Shown in pieces: positions 1 through 13,239 of a stretch of 64,000 nucleotides of DNA. A model generated the notes under the pieces. That model did no database searches. It had not been told where the DNA came from and saw nothing but the letters and a program-made list of their open reading frames with translations. How positions within the stretch are numbered: the first letter of the stretch is position 1; every line of letters begins with the position of its first letter. The position numbers and the translations under genes are program-made. Where the stretch lies: assembly GCF_009914755.1 (NCBI RefSeq), contig NC_060926.1; one strand, written 5' to 3'. This DNA is from the human T2T-CHM13v2.0 reference genome, Homo sapiens.

Positions 1-288
1 AACAACACGGGTGGACACCATCCAATCTACTGAGGACCTGAATAGAATTAAAAGGCATAGGAAGGAAGAATTAGCTTTCTCTCTGTAGCTGGGATATCCA
101 TCTTCTTTTGTTCATAGACATTAGAGTTCCAGGTATAGAGGCCTTCAGATTCTGAGATTTAGACCATTTTTCCACTCCCTTCTTTCCCAGGCCATCCATG
201 ATTACAGGAGCCAATTCACATTTTAAATCTCCTTTTGTATGCAAATGTTTATTCTATTGGTTCTATTTATCTGGAGATTCCTGAATAC
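1..288 (+). mobile_element. MLT2-family (ERVL) LTR, 3' part
   Basis: Motifs ccatccaatc...gacctgaatagaa, gctgggatatccatcttct and terminal ctattggttctatttatctggagattcctgaataca match the MLT2 LTR end. Confidence 0.75.
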
Positions 289-944
289 AAACACCATAAA
301 GATTATATTATAAACTTGGAGCAAGTAAGCATTTCTTAAACAGGACATAAAAGGCACTCAATATTAAATAAGTAAAATATAAAAAGTTAATAAGCTGAAC
401 TTCATTAAAAGGGATAATATCATTAGAAGAGTTAAAAATGCAAGCTTCAGACTGGAAGAATATTTGTAATACTTGCATCACTCACAGAGCACTTAGTTTC
501 CATAAATTAATAAGAAAATAAAAATAAAACATAAAAAACAGGAAAAGACCTGAACATACACTTCCGAAAAGACAATATTTAAACACCTTATAAGGAAAGG
601 ATAGGGTAACCACCATTATGAGTCAGCAAATAAGAATTAAGTCCACAATGAGGCACTCCTACACACCAAACAGAATAGCTAAAATTAAAAAGACAGACAT
701 TGTAAAATGTTGGTGAGAATGTGAAATAACTGTAACTTTTATACATTAGTATCAGAAGTATACATTTTTGCAACCATTTTGGAAAACTAGTGGTATCTGC
801 TCAAGCTAAATAAGTGCCTAAGGAAAGAACGAATCACAGGTTTCCTATGACTGAGAAATTAATTCCTAGGTATTTTCTAAAAAAGTTATATGCCCATCAA
901 AGCACAAAGACAAGAATGTTTCTAGCAGTTATGTTCATAATAAC
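289..944 (+). mobile_element. Old L1M (L1ME/MC-like) 3' fragment, resumes at 2209-2342
   Basis: Degenerate L1 3' motifs (ccacaatgaggcact, aaatgttggtgagaatgtg, aattcctaggtat, agaatgtttctagcag). Confidence 0.7.
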
Positions 945-2208
945 TGTAGATTATATTATATATAATATATAATATTATATATATATATACTATTCTGTCC
1001 TTCCAGAGAACCCTGACAAATAAACTTGCTTTCATATATATATTTATATATACGTGTATATATACACGTATATATATACACGTGTATATATACACGTATA
1101 TATACACACATATATATACACGTATATACACACACATATATACACGTATATACACACACATATATACACGTATATATACACACACATATATACACGTATA
1201 TATACACACACATATATACACGTATATATACACACACATATATACACGTATATATACACACATATATACACGTATATATACACACACATATATACACGTA
1301 TATATACACACACATATATACACGTATATATACACACACATATATACACGTATATATACACACACATATATACACGTATATATACACACACATATATACA
1401 CGTATATATACACACATATATATATACACGTATATATACACACATATATATATACACGTATATATACACACATATATATACACGTATATATACACACATA
1501 TATATACACGTATATATACACACATATATATACACGTATATATACACACATATATATACACGTATATATACACACATATATATACACGTATATATATATA
1601 CACATATATACACGTGTATATATATATACACATATATATATATATATGTACTCTGGTTGTGAATGATGCAAGTATTACAAATATTATTCCAGTCTGAAGC
1701 TTGCATTTTCATTTATGAAGGCAAGTTTATTAAGGAGAATTGACACGCACGATCACAAAGTCAAGTCCCACGATAGGCCATCTGCAAGTTGAGGAGCAAG
1801 GAAGTCAATGGTGGATCAGTAGGAGTCCCAAAACCTCAAAAGCGGGGAAGCCAACAGTGCAGCCTTCAATCTGTGGCCAAAGGCCTGAGATCCCCTGACT
1901 GGTATAAGTCCAAGAGTCCAAAAGCTAAAGAACTTGGGAGTCTGATGTTTGAGGGGAGGAAGCATCTAGCACAGGAGAAAGATGAAGTCCAGAAGACTCA
2001 GCAAGTCTGCTCTTCCATCTTCTGCCTGCTTTATTCTAGCTGCACTGGCAGCTGATTATCTGGTACCCACTCAGATTGAAGGGTGGGTCTACTTCTCCCA
2101 GTACACTGACTCCAATGTTAATCTTCTCTGGTAACACCCTCACAGACACACCCAGAAACAATACTTTGCATGTTTCAATCCAATCAACACTTAATATTAA
2201 CCATCACA
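945..2208 (-). mobile_element. MLT2A-type ERVL solo LTR with internally rearranged end and expanded repeat
   Basis: 1714-2208 follows MLT2A reverse (gtttattaaggag...aatattaaccatcaca). The 5-bp TSD ATAAC lies at 940-944 and 2209-2213, and the element starts tgta at 945. Confidence 0.85.
1033..1648. repeat. Alternating purine/pyrimidine minisatellite, ~24-28 bp unit (tatatacacgtatatatacacacaca), ~23 units
   Basis: cacgt recurs about every 26 bp from 1065 to 1611. It produces the I/Y/T/H and V/Y/I/C pseudo-ORFs. Confidence 0.95.
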
Positions 2209-2342
2209 ATAACTCAAAGTCAAAGCAATCAAATATTTACCAACAAGATGTTGCAAAAATAAATTGTTTTATAACTATACATTAGAATAATTTGAAAAAG
2301 TAATAAGGGCAAACTAAAGATGTACACAAAAACTTTCATTAC

Positions 2343-2707
2343 TGATATGGTTTGGCTGTGACCCCACCCAAAATATTATCTTGAATTTTAATCCCTTATT
2401 GTAACCCACACCTGATAGGGGAAGGAACTTGTGGGAGGTGATTAGATCATGGGGACAGTTCTCCCATGCTGTTCTCATGATAGTAGGTTCTCATGAGATC
2501 TGATAGTTTTCTAAATGGCTTTTCCCCTTTTTGCTTTGCACTTCTGTCTCCTGCCACCATGAGAAGAAGGACGTGTTTGCTTTCCCTTCTGCCATGATTG
2601 TAAGTTTCCTGAGCCATGCAGAACTGTGAGTCCATTAAACCTGTTTCCTTTATAAATTACCCAGTCTCGGGCAGTTCTTTATAGCAGCGTGACAATAGAC
2701 TAATGCA
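2343..2707 (+). mobile_element. THE1D-like MaLR solo LTR
   Basis: tgatatggtttggctgtg start; ataaattacccagtctcgggcagttctttatagcag...gactaatgca end. Confidence 0.85.
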
Positions 2708-2709
2708 AT

Positions 2710-5700
2710 TTCCATCTGTAATAGAGTAACAGAGATCAGAGTTACTCTACTACCTTAATCAACCAGAAAAATAATGTTAAGTATTACTTTTCAGAATAGA
2801 TGGTTTTTAGATCCTGGACAACAAGCAATGGAAGACTGTGATTCCTGTGAAGAGCAACGCAAATATAATTGCTTCAGTCTACTGCCTGGGAAACACAGTC
2901 AGGCCACACTGCAATTATGAAAACCCAAAAGAATCTAAACGTCAGATTGCATTGATAGTAGAGAAATAATGGTCTGGTAAGACAAGTTGATTAGACTGCA
3001 ATGCAAATTCCTGGAGAGGAAGGTGGTAAAAAGAGAGATTAGGTGAATTGCAGAGGGATTCTATTGAGTTTGTGGCTGACTGCCAATCAGTTAATTATTA
3101 AGAAAAATCCCATTTGAAAAAAGAAAGAACCACTGAAAAACAGACAACTGAACAATTTTTGGAGGTCACATAGGTATGAAAATAGTTTTAAAACCAGCCA
3201 AAGTGGAAAAATCTATAGTACTCATAACATTGCTTAGAGTTCTTTAAAGAATATTGCCTTATTAAGAATAAATTAGCCCTGGGCTAAAGACTTCTCTGAA
3301 TTTGTTCTAATAAAGTTTAAAGAAAAATGTTCAAAGAAACAATATTATTCAAAGTAATTTAACTGCATGTCAATGCCAAATCCAACATTATGTAAAGGAG
3401 TACAATAAAAAGCTAATGCCAAAATTGTAAAATTAACAATGTCTGCCATCTATTAAAGAATTATAAAGCATACAGAGCAGGAAAATGTGATCCATAACAG
3501 AGAGATAAATAAATGTAGAAACAGAAAGAGAAGATGGAGAAATTGTAATTCATTGATAAGAATGGTTAAAAAACTCAGTTATTATAAAGCCCTCCACATA
3601 TTTAAGAGCTTAAAGGAAAATATGAACATAATGAAGGCAAAAGTGGAAGATTAATTAAAACATAGAATATTTAGCAATAAAGTATGAGATGAAAATAATT
3701 GAACAGAAAAGCAGAGTACAATGTTGCAGAAAAAAAAATAAGTGTATAGAACACATAGAAACAAATGTTCTAAAATAAAGTACGGAGAGAAAAGACTGAA
3801 AAAAAAAAAACAGCAATGATCTGTGGGACAATATAAAACAGTCTACCATACATATTATTGGAATTACAGAAAAAAGAAAGCTAGGCAGGGGAATGATAAA
3901 AACATCTATATAAATAGTGGCTGAAAATTTTCAAAATTTGTTATAAACTAAATCTGTAAATCCAAGAAGCTCAGACTAAATGAACATCAAGAGAATTACA
4001 AAAACAGCAAACAAAGAAAAACAATAACAAAAACACTATACCAGGACACATTACATCAAATTTATGGAAAAAAGTGGAAAAGAGAAAACTTGGAAAGAGC
4101 AACGGAAGAAAAGACATGTATTACTAAAATAAGAGACGTAGAAATAACACCAGACTTCTTGTCAAAAACTATGCAATCTATATGGCAATAGAGTAACATC
4201 TTTAGAGATTATGACAACTAAAAAGTCCTGCAAATATATTAATAATAAAAAAGCTATCAACAATTATTGATAAGGATGTAGTTTCTAGAACTTATAAAGA
4301 ACACTTACACCTCACCAATACAAAGACAAACAACCAAACAATGCATAAAGAACTTCGATAGACATATTTCCAGAGAAGAAGTAAAAATGGCCAACAAGCA
4401 TGACAAGATTCTCTACATCATTAGCAATTAGGTAAATGCAAATCAGAATTATAATGTGGTGCCACTTCATATCCACTATGTTGGTTATAATTCTACTTAA
4501 AAAAAGGAAAAGGAAAGTATTGGTTAGGATGTGGAGAAAATGGAATCCTCATACATTATTGGTGAGAATGCAAATGTGTAAATAGCAGTGTCAAAGTTTC
4601 TCGAAATGTTAACCATAAAATTACCATATGATCCCATAATTCCAGGCAAAACTCTGGTAAGATGATTTTTTTCAGTGAACAAAAACCACATAAAATGTTA
4701 AAGGGAGTCTCTTCAGACAAAAGGAAAATGAAACTACATGCTAGTTTGAATCTCCACAAAAATAATGAACAATGTACACAGCAGGAAATAAATGGATAAA
4801 TATAGAATTATTTCCATTTTAAAAATCATTATTGCACATTAAATTATATAAAGCAGAAATAATATACTATGGTATTATCAACATTTACAGAAGCAAAATG
4901 GCTAAACCTAATAGCAGAAGTTAGGCAAAAGGAATGGAAGTAGTGTGCTTTAAGGTTCTTACAGTGTACATGTAGAAATATGGTATTATTTTAAATTAGA
5001 AGGTGATAAGTAAAAGATGCATATTGTAAACCACAGAAACTTCAGTAAAACAAAGATGTATAATTAGTAATCTAGTAGTAGTGATAAAGTAAAATCAAAA
5101 TAAACTGTGACGATAAATCATATAGAAAAATAAGAAGTTATATTTTCAATATCACTCTTCAATAAAATAACTGGGGCTCCTTGAAGATATGACTAATTCT
5201 AAGACTCTATGCATCTTGTAGTTCCAGGAAATAAGGAAGTCCTCAAAAGTTAAAATGACAGAAGTATATAAAAATGACAAATAAAACTACTGAAACAACT
5301 CCCAATAGAAAAACCTGGAAGAACTTGAGCAATGTAATCAATATGTAGTATTGAATTGAAAAAAAAAACCTGCATAAATTCACACTGATATAAAGGAATT
5401 TTCTATTAAACCTATAGACGGAAAGAGACAAATTGACTATATAGAACTTTTCAAAAAAATTATGAAAATATTCCTGCATCAAAAAGATGGAGAATGATTT
5501 TGTACCCATAAGTATAGATGTATTAGTCTATTTTCACACTGCTGATAAAGACACACCTAAGACTGAGAAGAAAAAGAGGTTTAATGGACTTACAGTTCCA
5601 CGTGGCTGGGGAGGCCTCACAATCATGGCAGAAGGCAAGGAGAAGCAAGTCACGTCTTACATGGATGGCAGCAGGCAAAAAGAGAGCTTGTGGAGGGAAA

Positions 5701-7260
5701 CTCTCATTTTTAAAAACATCATATCTGATGAGACTCATTCAGTATCATGAGAACAGAACAGTAAAGATTTGCCTCCATAATTCCATCACCTCCCACTGGT
5801 TCATCCTACGACATGTGGGAATTGTGGGAGTTACTAATCAAGATGACATTTGGGTGGGGACACAGCCAAATCATATCAGTGGCTACCTTCAGTGATCATT
5901 TTATGAATAGTACAGTATGGAAAGAAGAGTGGGAGTAACTTTACAGTGGGAGATCTTGGAAAATACTACCTTATTTTGCTTGGGTCAAGGTTTATGTCAT
6001 TAGTGATAAAAATAATGTTGATAGCATGTACCTGTGAATGATATGTTGAGAGTAGCATGTTTTCTCTGTTGTCCTTCTCCCAAGAATCTATAACCACAGT
6101 CTTATCATGGGTCAAACATGAGACAAACATAAATTAAGGGAAATTTTACAAAACACCTGACAAGTGCCCCCCAAAACTGTCAAGGGCAACAACAACAAAA
6201 TAGTCTAATAAATCCTTATAGCCTAGAGAAGCCTAAGAAGATATAACTAAATGCAATATGGTATCTTAGATGGGACACTAGAATAAAAAAGGACATTAGG
6301 AAAAAACTAGGGAAATCCAAGTAAAGTATGCACTTCAGCTAATAACAATGTATCAATATTATTTCACTAGTTTTGACAATATGCAATAGTAAGGTAAGAT
6401 ATTAACAATATAAGAAATAGTTCATGTTAGAAAAGAGTTATCTGTGCCATCTTTGCAACTTTTCTGTAAATATAAAACTATTTAAAGGTTTATTTAAATT
6501 TTAAAGGACAAAAATAATATTATAACTAATTTCCAGTAAATGTATTAACTTAATTAAAATCTACAATTTCCCTGAAAGAGAGAAACTACCAAAATTTACT
6601 CAAGAAGAAATAAGAAACTAAATAGAATGACATCTATTGGTATCTAATTGAATTCATAGTTAAAAACCTTTACCCAAATAAAAATTTGAGTCCAGTGACT
6701 TCTCTGATAAATTCTGCCAAATATTTAAGGCAAAAATATAACTTACTCTTAAAACTTTTTCATAAAAATGCAGAAGCACTTAATTCATTTTGTGAGGCCA
6801 ATATTGCTGCAATATCAAAACCAGGCAATGAAAATAATAGAACATAAAACTACATACCAATACTCCTCATGAACATAAATGCAAATAATACAGCAAACTA
6901 AGAAGGATAATACATCATGACCCAGATGGAATCATATAAAAAATACAAGATTGTTTTTACATTAAAAAATCAGTATACATAATCCACCATATTGATAGAA
7001 ATACATCATATGATACTAAAATAGATAAACATTTGCTATATCTCAACAACTATTAATAATAAAAGCTCTCAGTAAACTAGGATTTGAAGGTACCTTCATC
7101 AATCTGACACAGGGCCTACTTATAGATATTTATGGGTTAAAGATCATGTTTTTTCTTTTCAGATTAGAAACAAGGTAAAGCTGTCCTCTCATTATTTCTA
7201 TCCAATATCGATTGGAAGTCCTAGATATTGCAGTAAGTCAAGAAAAAGAATATCTTTTTT
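2710..7260 (+). mobile_element. Nested old L1M fragments (ORF1-like, L1MB 3' piece ~4215-4650, L1MC-type 3'UTR ~5160-6500, ORF2 piece ~6500-7260)
   Basis: A-rich + strand with degenerate L1 motifs (ctgtgggacaatataaa, ccaagaagctca, ttttgtgaggccaatatt, tacatcatgacccag). Confidence 0.65.
5519..5878 (-). mobile_element. THE1A-like MaLR solo LTR
   Basis: tgtattagtctattttcacactgctgataaagac...gggtggggacacagccaaatcatatca. Confidence 0.9.
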
Positions 7261-7349
7261 AGTATGTTATCTGCTTGTTTTTTCCCTCCAGTTTTATCCC
7301 TGCAGAAGAAATAAGGAAAATAGAACAAGGCATGGTAACAGAGACACAG

Positions 7350-7970
7350 AGGAAGGAAGGGAGGAAGGGAGGGAAGGAGGGAATGAATTATATTGTACCA
7401 ACCAGCACTACTATTTTCTCTGTTTTCTGAATCTTCAGTACTAGCGAGGAAGGGAGGGAGGGAGGAAGGGAGGGAGGAAGGGAGGGAGGAAGGAAGGAAG
7501 GAAGGAAGGAAGGAAGGAAGGAAGGAAGGAAGGGAGGGAGGGAGGGAGGAAGGAAGGAAAGGAAGGGAATTATATCGTACCAACCAAACACTACTATTTT
7601 CTCTGTTCTCTGAATCTTCAGTACTAGCCAGGAAGGAAGGAAGGAAGGGAGGGAGGCAATCATATTGTACCATCCAGCACTATTTATTTTTATTTATTTA
7701 TTTGTTGTTGTTGTTTGTTGTTGTTTGAGACAGAGTCTGGCTCTGTCGCGCAGGCTGGAGTGCAGTGGCGCAATCTTGGCTCACTGCAAGCTCTGCCTCC
7801 CGGGTTCACGCCATTCCCCTGCCTCAGCCTCCCCGACTAGCTAGTACTACAGGCGCCCGCCACCACGCCCAGCTAATTTGTTTTTTTCTTCTTTTTGTAT
7901 TTTTCGTAGAGATGGGGTTTCACCTCGCAGCACTGCTATTTTATCTTTTTTCTGAATCTTCAGTACTAGC
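7350..7970. repeat. Compound tandem triplication: GGAA/GGGA microsatellite plus ~60-bp unique unit
   Basis: Unit aattatattgtaccaaccagcactactattttctctgttttctgaatcttcagtactagc at 7386-7445, 7568-7628 and 7658-7970 (split by an Alu). Confidence 0.9.
7684..7926 (-). mobile_element. 5'-truncated AluY
   Basis: gcaagctctgcctcccgggttcacgccatt is AluY-diagnostic. The element stops inside the left arm, and cagcact flanks both sides. Confidence 0.85.
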
Positions 7971-9239
7971 TAACATCCCGACTCTTTGTGAGAGACCTAA
8001 CTGTAGCACTTCTCAAGATATTTTTTCAAAGATATTTCCCTTTGTTTGAAGAATTCAAATGCCAGTTAGAATAATACTTTTATTTTTCACAGAAAATGGA
8101 CTGTATTTAGGAATCTAGGTTAATCTCTCCTTTCTACAAGAAAGTACAGATACAAGGAGCAGCTCAGTTGATCACTATAGTCTGTGGTAACTGCCATTTA
8201 GCATCAAGATGGAAAAGGATGTACAGCCAGCCACTCATTAACTACACCCCTGTTTATCTTCATGCCATGGATCCTTTTTAGAAATTCACTTGTTTAGTAT
8301 TTTCCAAATTGCTAGTCATGAACCATTAATGGCTCAAGGCTGTGATATTTTTTTTTTAAATGAACTGGAAATATACTAGAAAAGATAATGTAAGTGTGAG
8401 TACCTCACATATAGAAGTACTGCTAATTGTTTAATGGAAATTTTGACTTGGATGTATATGTACATTTACGCATAGGAGTTTTAGATTACAATATTTAACT
8501 TATGCTTTATTCCAATTAAAAATTAAAAATCTTTAAAATAAACTGCATAAGTTGTTTGCTAATTATTCATTTAAAAAGAATGTAGGTTTTCCCCTACTAA
8601 ACTTCTAAGTGCTTGCTTTTGAAATCAAACTGAGAATTTGCATAATTAAAATTGTTTTCATTTGTATTATGAAGAAGTATGACTATAGGTCTCTTATTTT
8701 AATAAGGAGGTTTTCTTACATTTGTATATGTGTATTTGTGTTTTGCATTTTGAACTAGAAGGTATGCCTCTGTGGATGCAAATAATAAAATAAATACTGT
8801 AACACAGCCCTCATGCAACTTTACCTATTCTGGAAAGATAAAACAAAGAACTTCATAGAAAAGTTTTCTGAGCAGCCAAAAACAGTTATCACAGACAGGC
8901 ACTAAGATCTGTGTACATTATTCCTAGAACAACTTTAGGTTTTCATGTAGACAGAAATTTAGCAGTTGCTATTATCTGTAACAGGTATCTGGCTAAATAA
9001 TTTCCACATACTGTCTAGTAGAACGTGTGTTGTTTGCAACTATTAAATATGTTTTAGAGAGAGTTGAAATAGTGGAGAGGCTTTCAACACTTCGTTTTAT
9101 TTTAACTATAAAAGCCAATAAAGAGTTATCCATTTTGGAAAACCTAAAAGTAAATGTGCGTATTTCACTTGGACTTTGTGTAAGTTAGTTTAGGTTGAAA
9201 TGCTAAAGAATAAGAGTTTTATGTGGTTAAAAAAAAAGC

Positions 9240-10465
9240 CAGATAAAATTTCACACTTTAACCATTTTTAACTTTACAATCTAGTATTATTAATTACATT
9301 CACTATGTGATGCACCTGTAATCACTATTTTTTTCCAAAACAACTACAAACAGACACTCTGTACCCATTAAGCCATAACTCTCCATTCTTCTTTACCCTT
9401 AGCCCCTGATAACTTTTAATCTAGTTCCCATCTCCACAGATTTACCTAATTTAGATATTTTATATTAATGGAATTGTAAAATATGTGTTCTTTTATGTTT
9501 GGCTTATGTTGTTTATCATCATAATTTCAAGATTCGTCCATGTTGCAGCATGTGTCAATTATACCACATTTTTATTATCCATTCATTTGTTGATAGACAC
9601 AGATTATTTCTACCATTTTGCTATTTTGAAGAATGTTTCTATCAACATTGATTTATATGTTTGTTAGAGTCCCTCTCTTCAATTTTTAGGGGTATATACC
9701 TGGGAGCGAACTTGCTGGGTCATGATAATTTTGTTTAGCTTTTTGAGGAACTGACAATTTTCTACAGTGGCTAGGCCAGTTTGCATTTCCACCAGTAATG
9801 TGTAAGAGTTCCATTTCCCCACATCCCCATCAATTCTTATTGTTATTACTATTATTATTATTGCCATCCTAATGGGGGTGAAATGGTAACTCATCATGGT
9901 TTTGATTTTGATTTCCCTACAGATGAATGATGTTAAACATTTTTTCATGTGATTATTGGTCATTTGTATATATTATTCATAGAAATATATATTCAAACCC
10001 TTTGCCTATTTTTAATTGGGTGGTTTATCTTTTTGCTTTTTAGTTATAGTAATTCTTTATAATTTGAATATTAAACCTTTATCAAATAAATGATTTCCAT
10101 GTATTTTCTCTCATTCTGTTGGTTGACTTTTTACTCTGTCAATAATGGTATTTGATATACAAAAGTTCTTTTAGATTTTGATGAAGTGCAGCTTTATATT
10201 TTTCTTTCATTGGCCGTGCTTTTGATGTACTCATTACAAAAAAAAAATACAGCCAAATGCAAGCATGAAAGTTTTGTGTTAGCTCTTAAGTTTAGGTTTA
10301 TGATCTAGTTTTAGTTAATTTTCTCTGCGGTGTAAGACAAGGGTCCAACTTCCTTCTTTTACATTTGGATATCCAATTTTATCATTAGCAAGTTGAAAAA
10401 ACTATTCTTGTCCCATTGAATTGTCTCAGCGTTCTTGTAGAAAATTAATTGGCTATATATGTGTT
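9240..10465 (-). mobile_element. L1MB-type 3' end
   Basis: acacttttaaccattttt, gtatatacctgggagcgaacttgctgggtcatg and ttgcatttcccaccag are reverse L1 3'UTR/ORF2 motifs. Confidence 0.8.
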
Positions 10466-10479
10466 TTAAAAATAAGAAC

Positions 10480-10803
<324 letters not shown>

Positions 10804-11349
10804 TTACATTTGAAAGTCTGGAATAGGAATAGGAAATATTTAGATTAGGGACAAAAAATTTGATACTAATTCAGTAAACCTACAAGATAAACACTGATAA
10901 GCTTTCTTTTCTTTCCCTAACTTATAAAGAACACATTTTAAACAATCGTCTGAAAACCACCACTAGATTATAAATGTGACTTTGAATGGTAGAGGTTGAA
11001 GAAACTAGAAATAATTAGAAAGGCAATGACAGCTTCTTTAATGAGTAAAATCAGCATTTACAGGGAAAGTCAGTTTCATTTTCACCTCGGTGTAAAACTT
11101 TCTTCCAGAAAACTTAGGACTGACTGTCATTACATAAAATACTGGTTTGACAAATACATTAGAATTTGGGTCAGGCTGATAAATTATACTGGAAATGGCA
11201 TAACTACAAAATGTTATGTCTCATATAGCTACATCAAATGACTATGTGTAGAAAATTATGCCCTGTCCACTTAAAACTAGATTTATTTTTTTTCTGATTT
11301 GAACAGAATTTACCATTTGAGTGGACACTGAGAGACCTTGATTTTTTTC

Positions 11350-11480
11350 CCATTTTCTGCCACAATTTTATGTGACACCTTGGAAAGTAATTTAAACTCA
11401 ATAAAATGAAGATAATTGCACTTACCTCACAGAGATGTAGAGAGTGTTAATGAGATCATGTCTACAAAGTGATTCAAAGT
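11350..11480 (+). mobile_element. MIR fragment
   Basis: tgtgacaccttggaaagtaatttaa...taaaatgaagataatt...cttacctcacag. Confidence 0.6.
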
Positions 11481-13239
11481 CTTTAGTTTGTAATATAAAT
11501 AGCAAACATAACTATATTTTTCTAGTTGTCTAATAATGATAACTATAAATATGATGAACTGAAAAGTTAAAAGGCTGTGAGTAAAATAAAACGTTTTCAT
11601 TTTAATTACTAGGCATTTAAATGTTCTCTCTTGCATGTTTGGATTATAGGAAATGCACAGAAACATTACTTATGAGTTCCATTTTAATAAGGACATGTCC
11701 CCCAAGTTTCAACTCAAGAGTACTTAACTTCTAGCCAAATACGGAAAAAAACTGAACTACCTTTTTTTTTTTGCAATAATGTCTCATAAATCACTGTAGA
11801 AGTTTAATAAAATAAATCACAGCATAAATTTTCATGAAACCTATACATTATTTCTTCAAAATGTTTCTTAATATGAAATAGAAGATCATGGCTTCAGTTC
11901 CAAATCTCATTACTCAATTGTCATACCTTCAGTGTGTCTTTATTCCTGAGCTGATAAAGCCAAATATTAATATCCTCTAATCAGTTCCTATCCTGTTAAA
12001 TATTTCTCAGTGCAGAAATTCATGTAATCAGACCCAAACTATTTTTAAGTTCATAGCCTACACTAATCCTACTGCTGTCAACCATTTGTGAATTAAAGTA
12101 CTTATCTTTGAAACTGAATTGCATTTTACATTAAATGAGCCAGAAAAAGCAATGTTGATTCTAACGGGCACAGGCATGATAATCTCCTGGCAAAGATGCT
12201 CTTCAAAGTACTAATTTTTGGCAGCTGTGGTGGTTCACTGCCTACTGTACTTGGCCTTGGGATAGACATTGCAGACAGGGACTTTGAAATGAGACCAGAC
12301 ATTAGGTCTGGATTCAATAATTACCAGAGTAAAGGAGGTCATTCTCTGCAGCAACCAGCAGGGTAATTGCATCCTAAAGGACAGCAGAATTTCTTGTCAT
12401 GTCCTGTGATGGCAGTCTGAGTTGCATTGATTTGATTGGTTATTGTTGGATCACGTCCAATGTGTTGCGAGGAGTTAGCACATCACACTCCACACACACA
12501 CACACACACGCACACACACACACAAATTAAAGTAGTCCAAGAGAAAAATTTCAGTAGCTTCTTGTAACAGGAAAATAAGTTTTATTTTGTTTTTAGCTCT
12601 CTTCTGTAATCCATCAAAATTAATGAGTCCATTACTGTGCACTGGAGTTAAAAAAAAAAAAAAAACACATTCTTCGTCTATCCACCTAGACATTGTTTAA
12701 AGAAAACAACTGATTCAGAAAATATCTCTTTTCTCAAAATAGCCACATTCTCAGTAGCTTACTGGAAAAAAATCTGTTAGAATTTCAGATTGACAATTGT
12801 TAGTGATATTCAAATAAAAATTATCAGTATTTACCCACATATGTGTGTGCACACACACCACACACACACACACCCCACTCCAAACCAGCACCCTCTCCCA
12901 TTTTTATTTTCATTACTATTATTAGCAGCTGTAGTAAAATGGGTTTATGTCTGCCTCCAATGAGAGACAAGCAGGTCTGGAAAAGATGGGAATTCTTCAT
13001 TTGAAATGTAAGATTTGTTCCATAACAAATAACTAATCTTCTTGCCAGAATTCAAAAGGCAACAACAAACAAAACAAAACCCCACAACTTTCTGGTAAGA
13101 AAGTGAGCCAGGCATCCTATAATATTAGGTAAGGATGTGTCCTTCTATTAGAAATAAACTAAACAAAGTAATATAGATCTTAAATTAAATCTAACCTTTA
13201 TTTAAATATTAAAGGAAAAGAAGAAGTTTCTGCTTAGTT

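Noticed and set aside
922-1712. Six overlapping 194-249 aa ORFs
   Set aside because: Artefacts of a stop-free alternating minisatellite with low-complexity translations.
7350-7970. Repeat-spacer layout resembling a CRISPR array, and ORFs 7221-7728
   Set aside because: Primate DNA with no cas genes. The 'spacers' are GGAA microsatellites, and the ORFs are low-complexity read-throughs.
8295-8525. Possible hAT-Charlie MITE
   Set aside because: Too degenerate to name or bound without a search.
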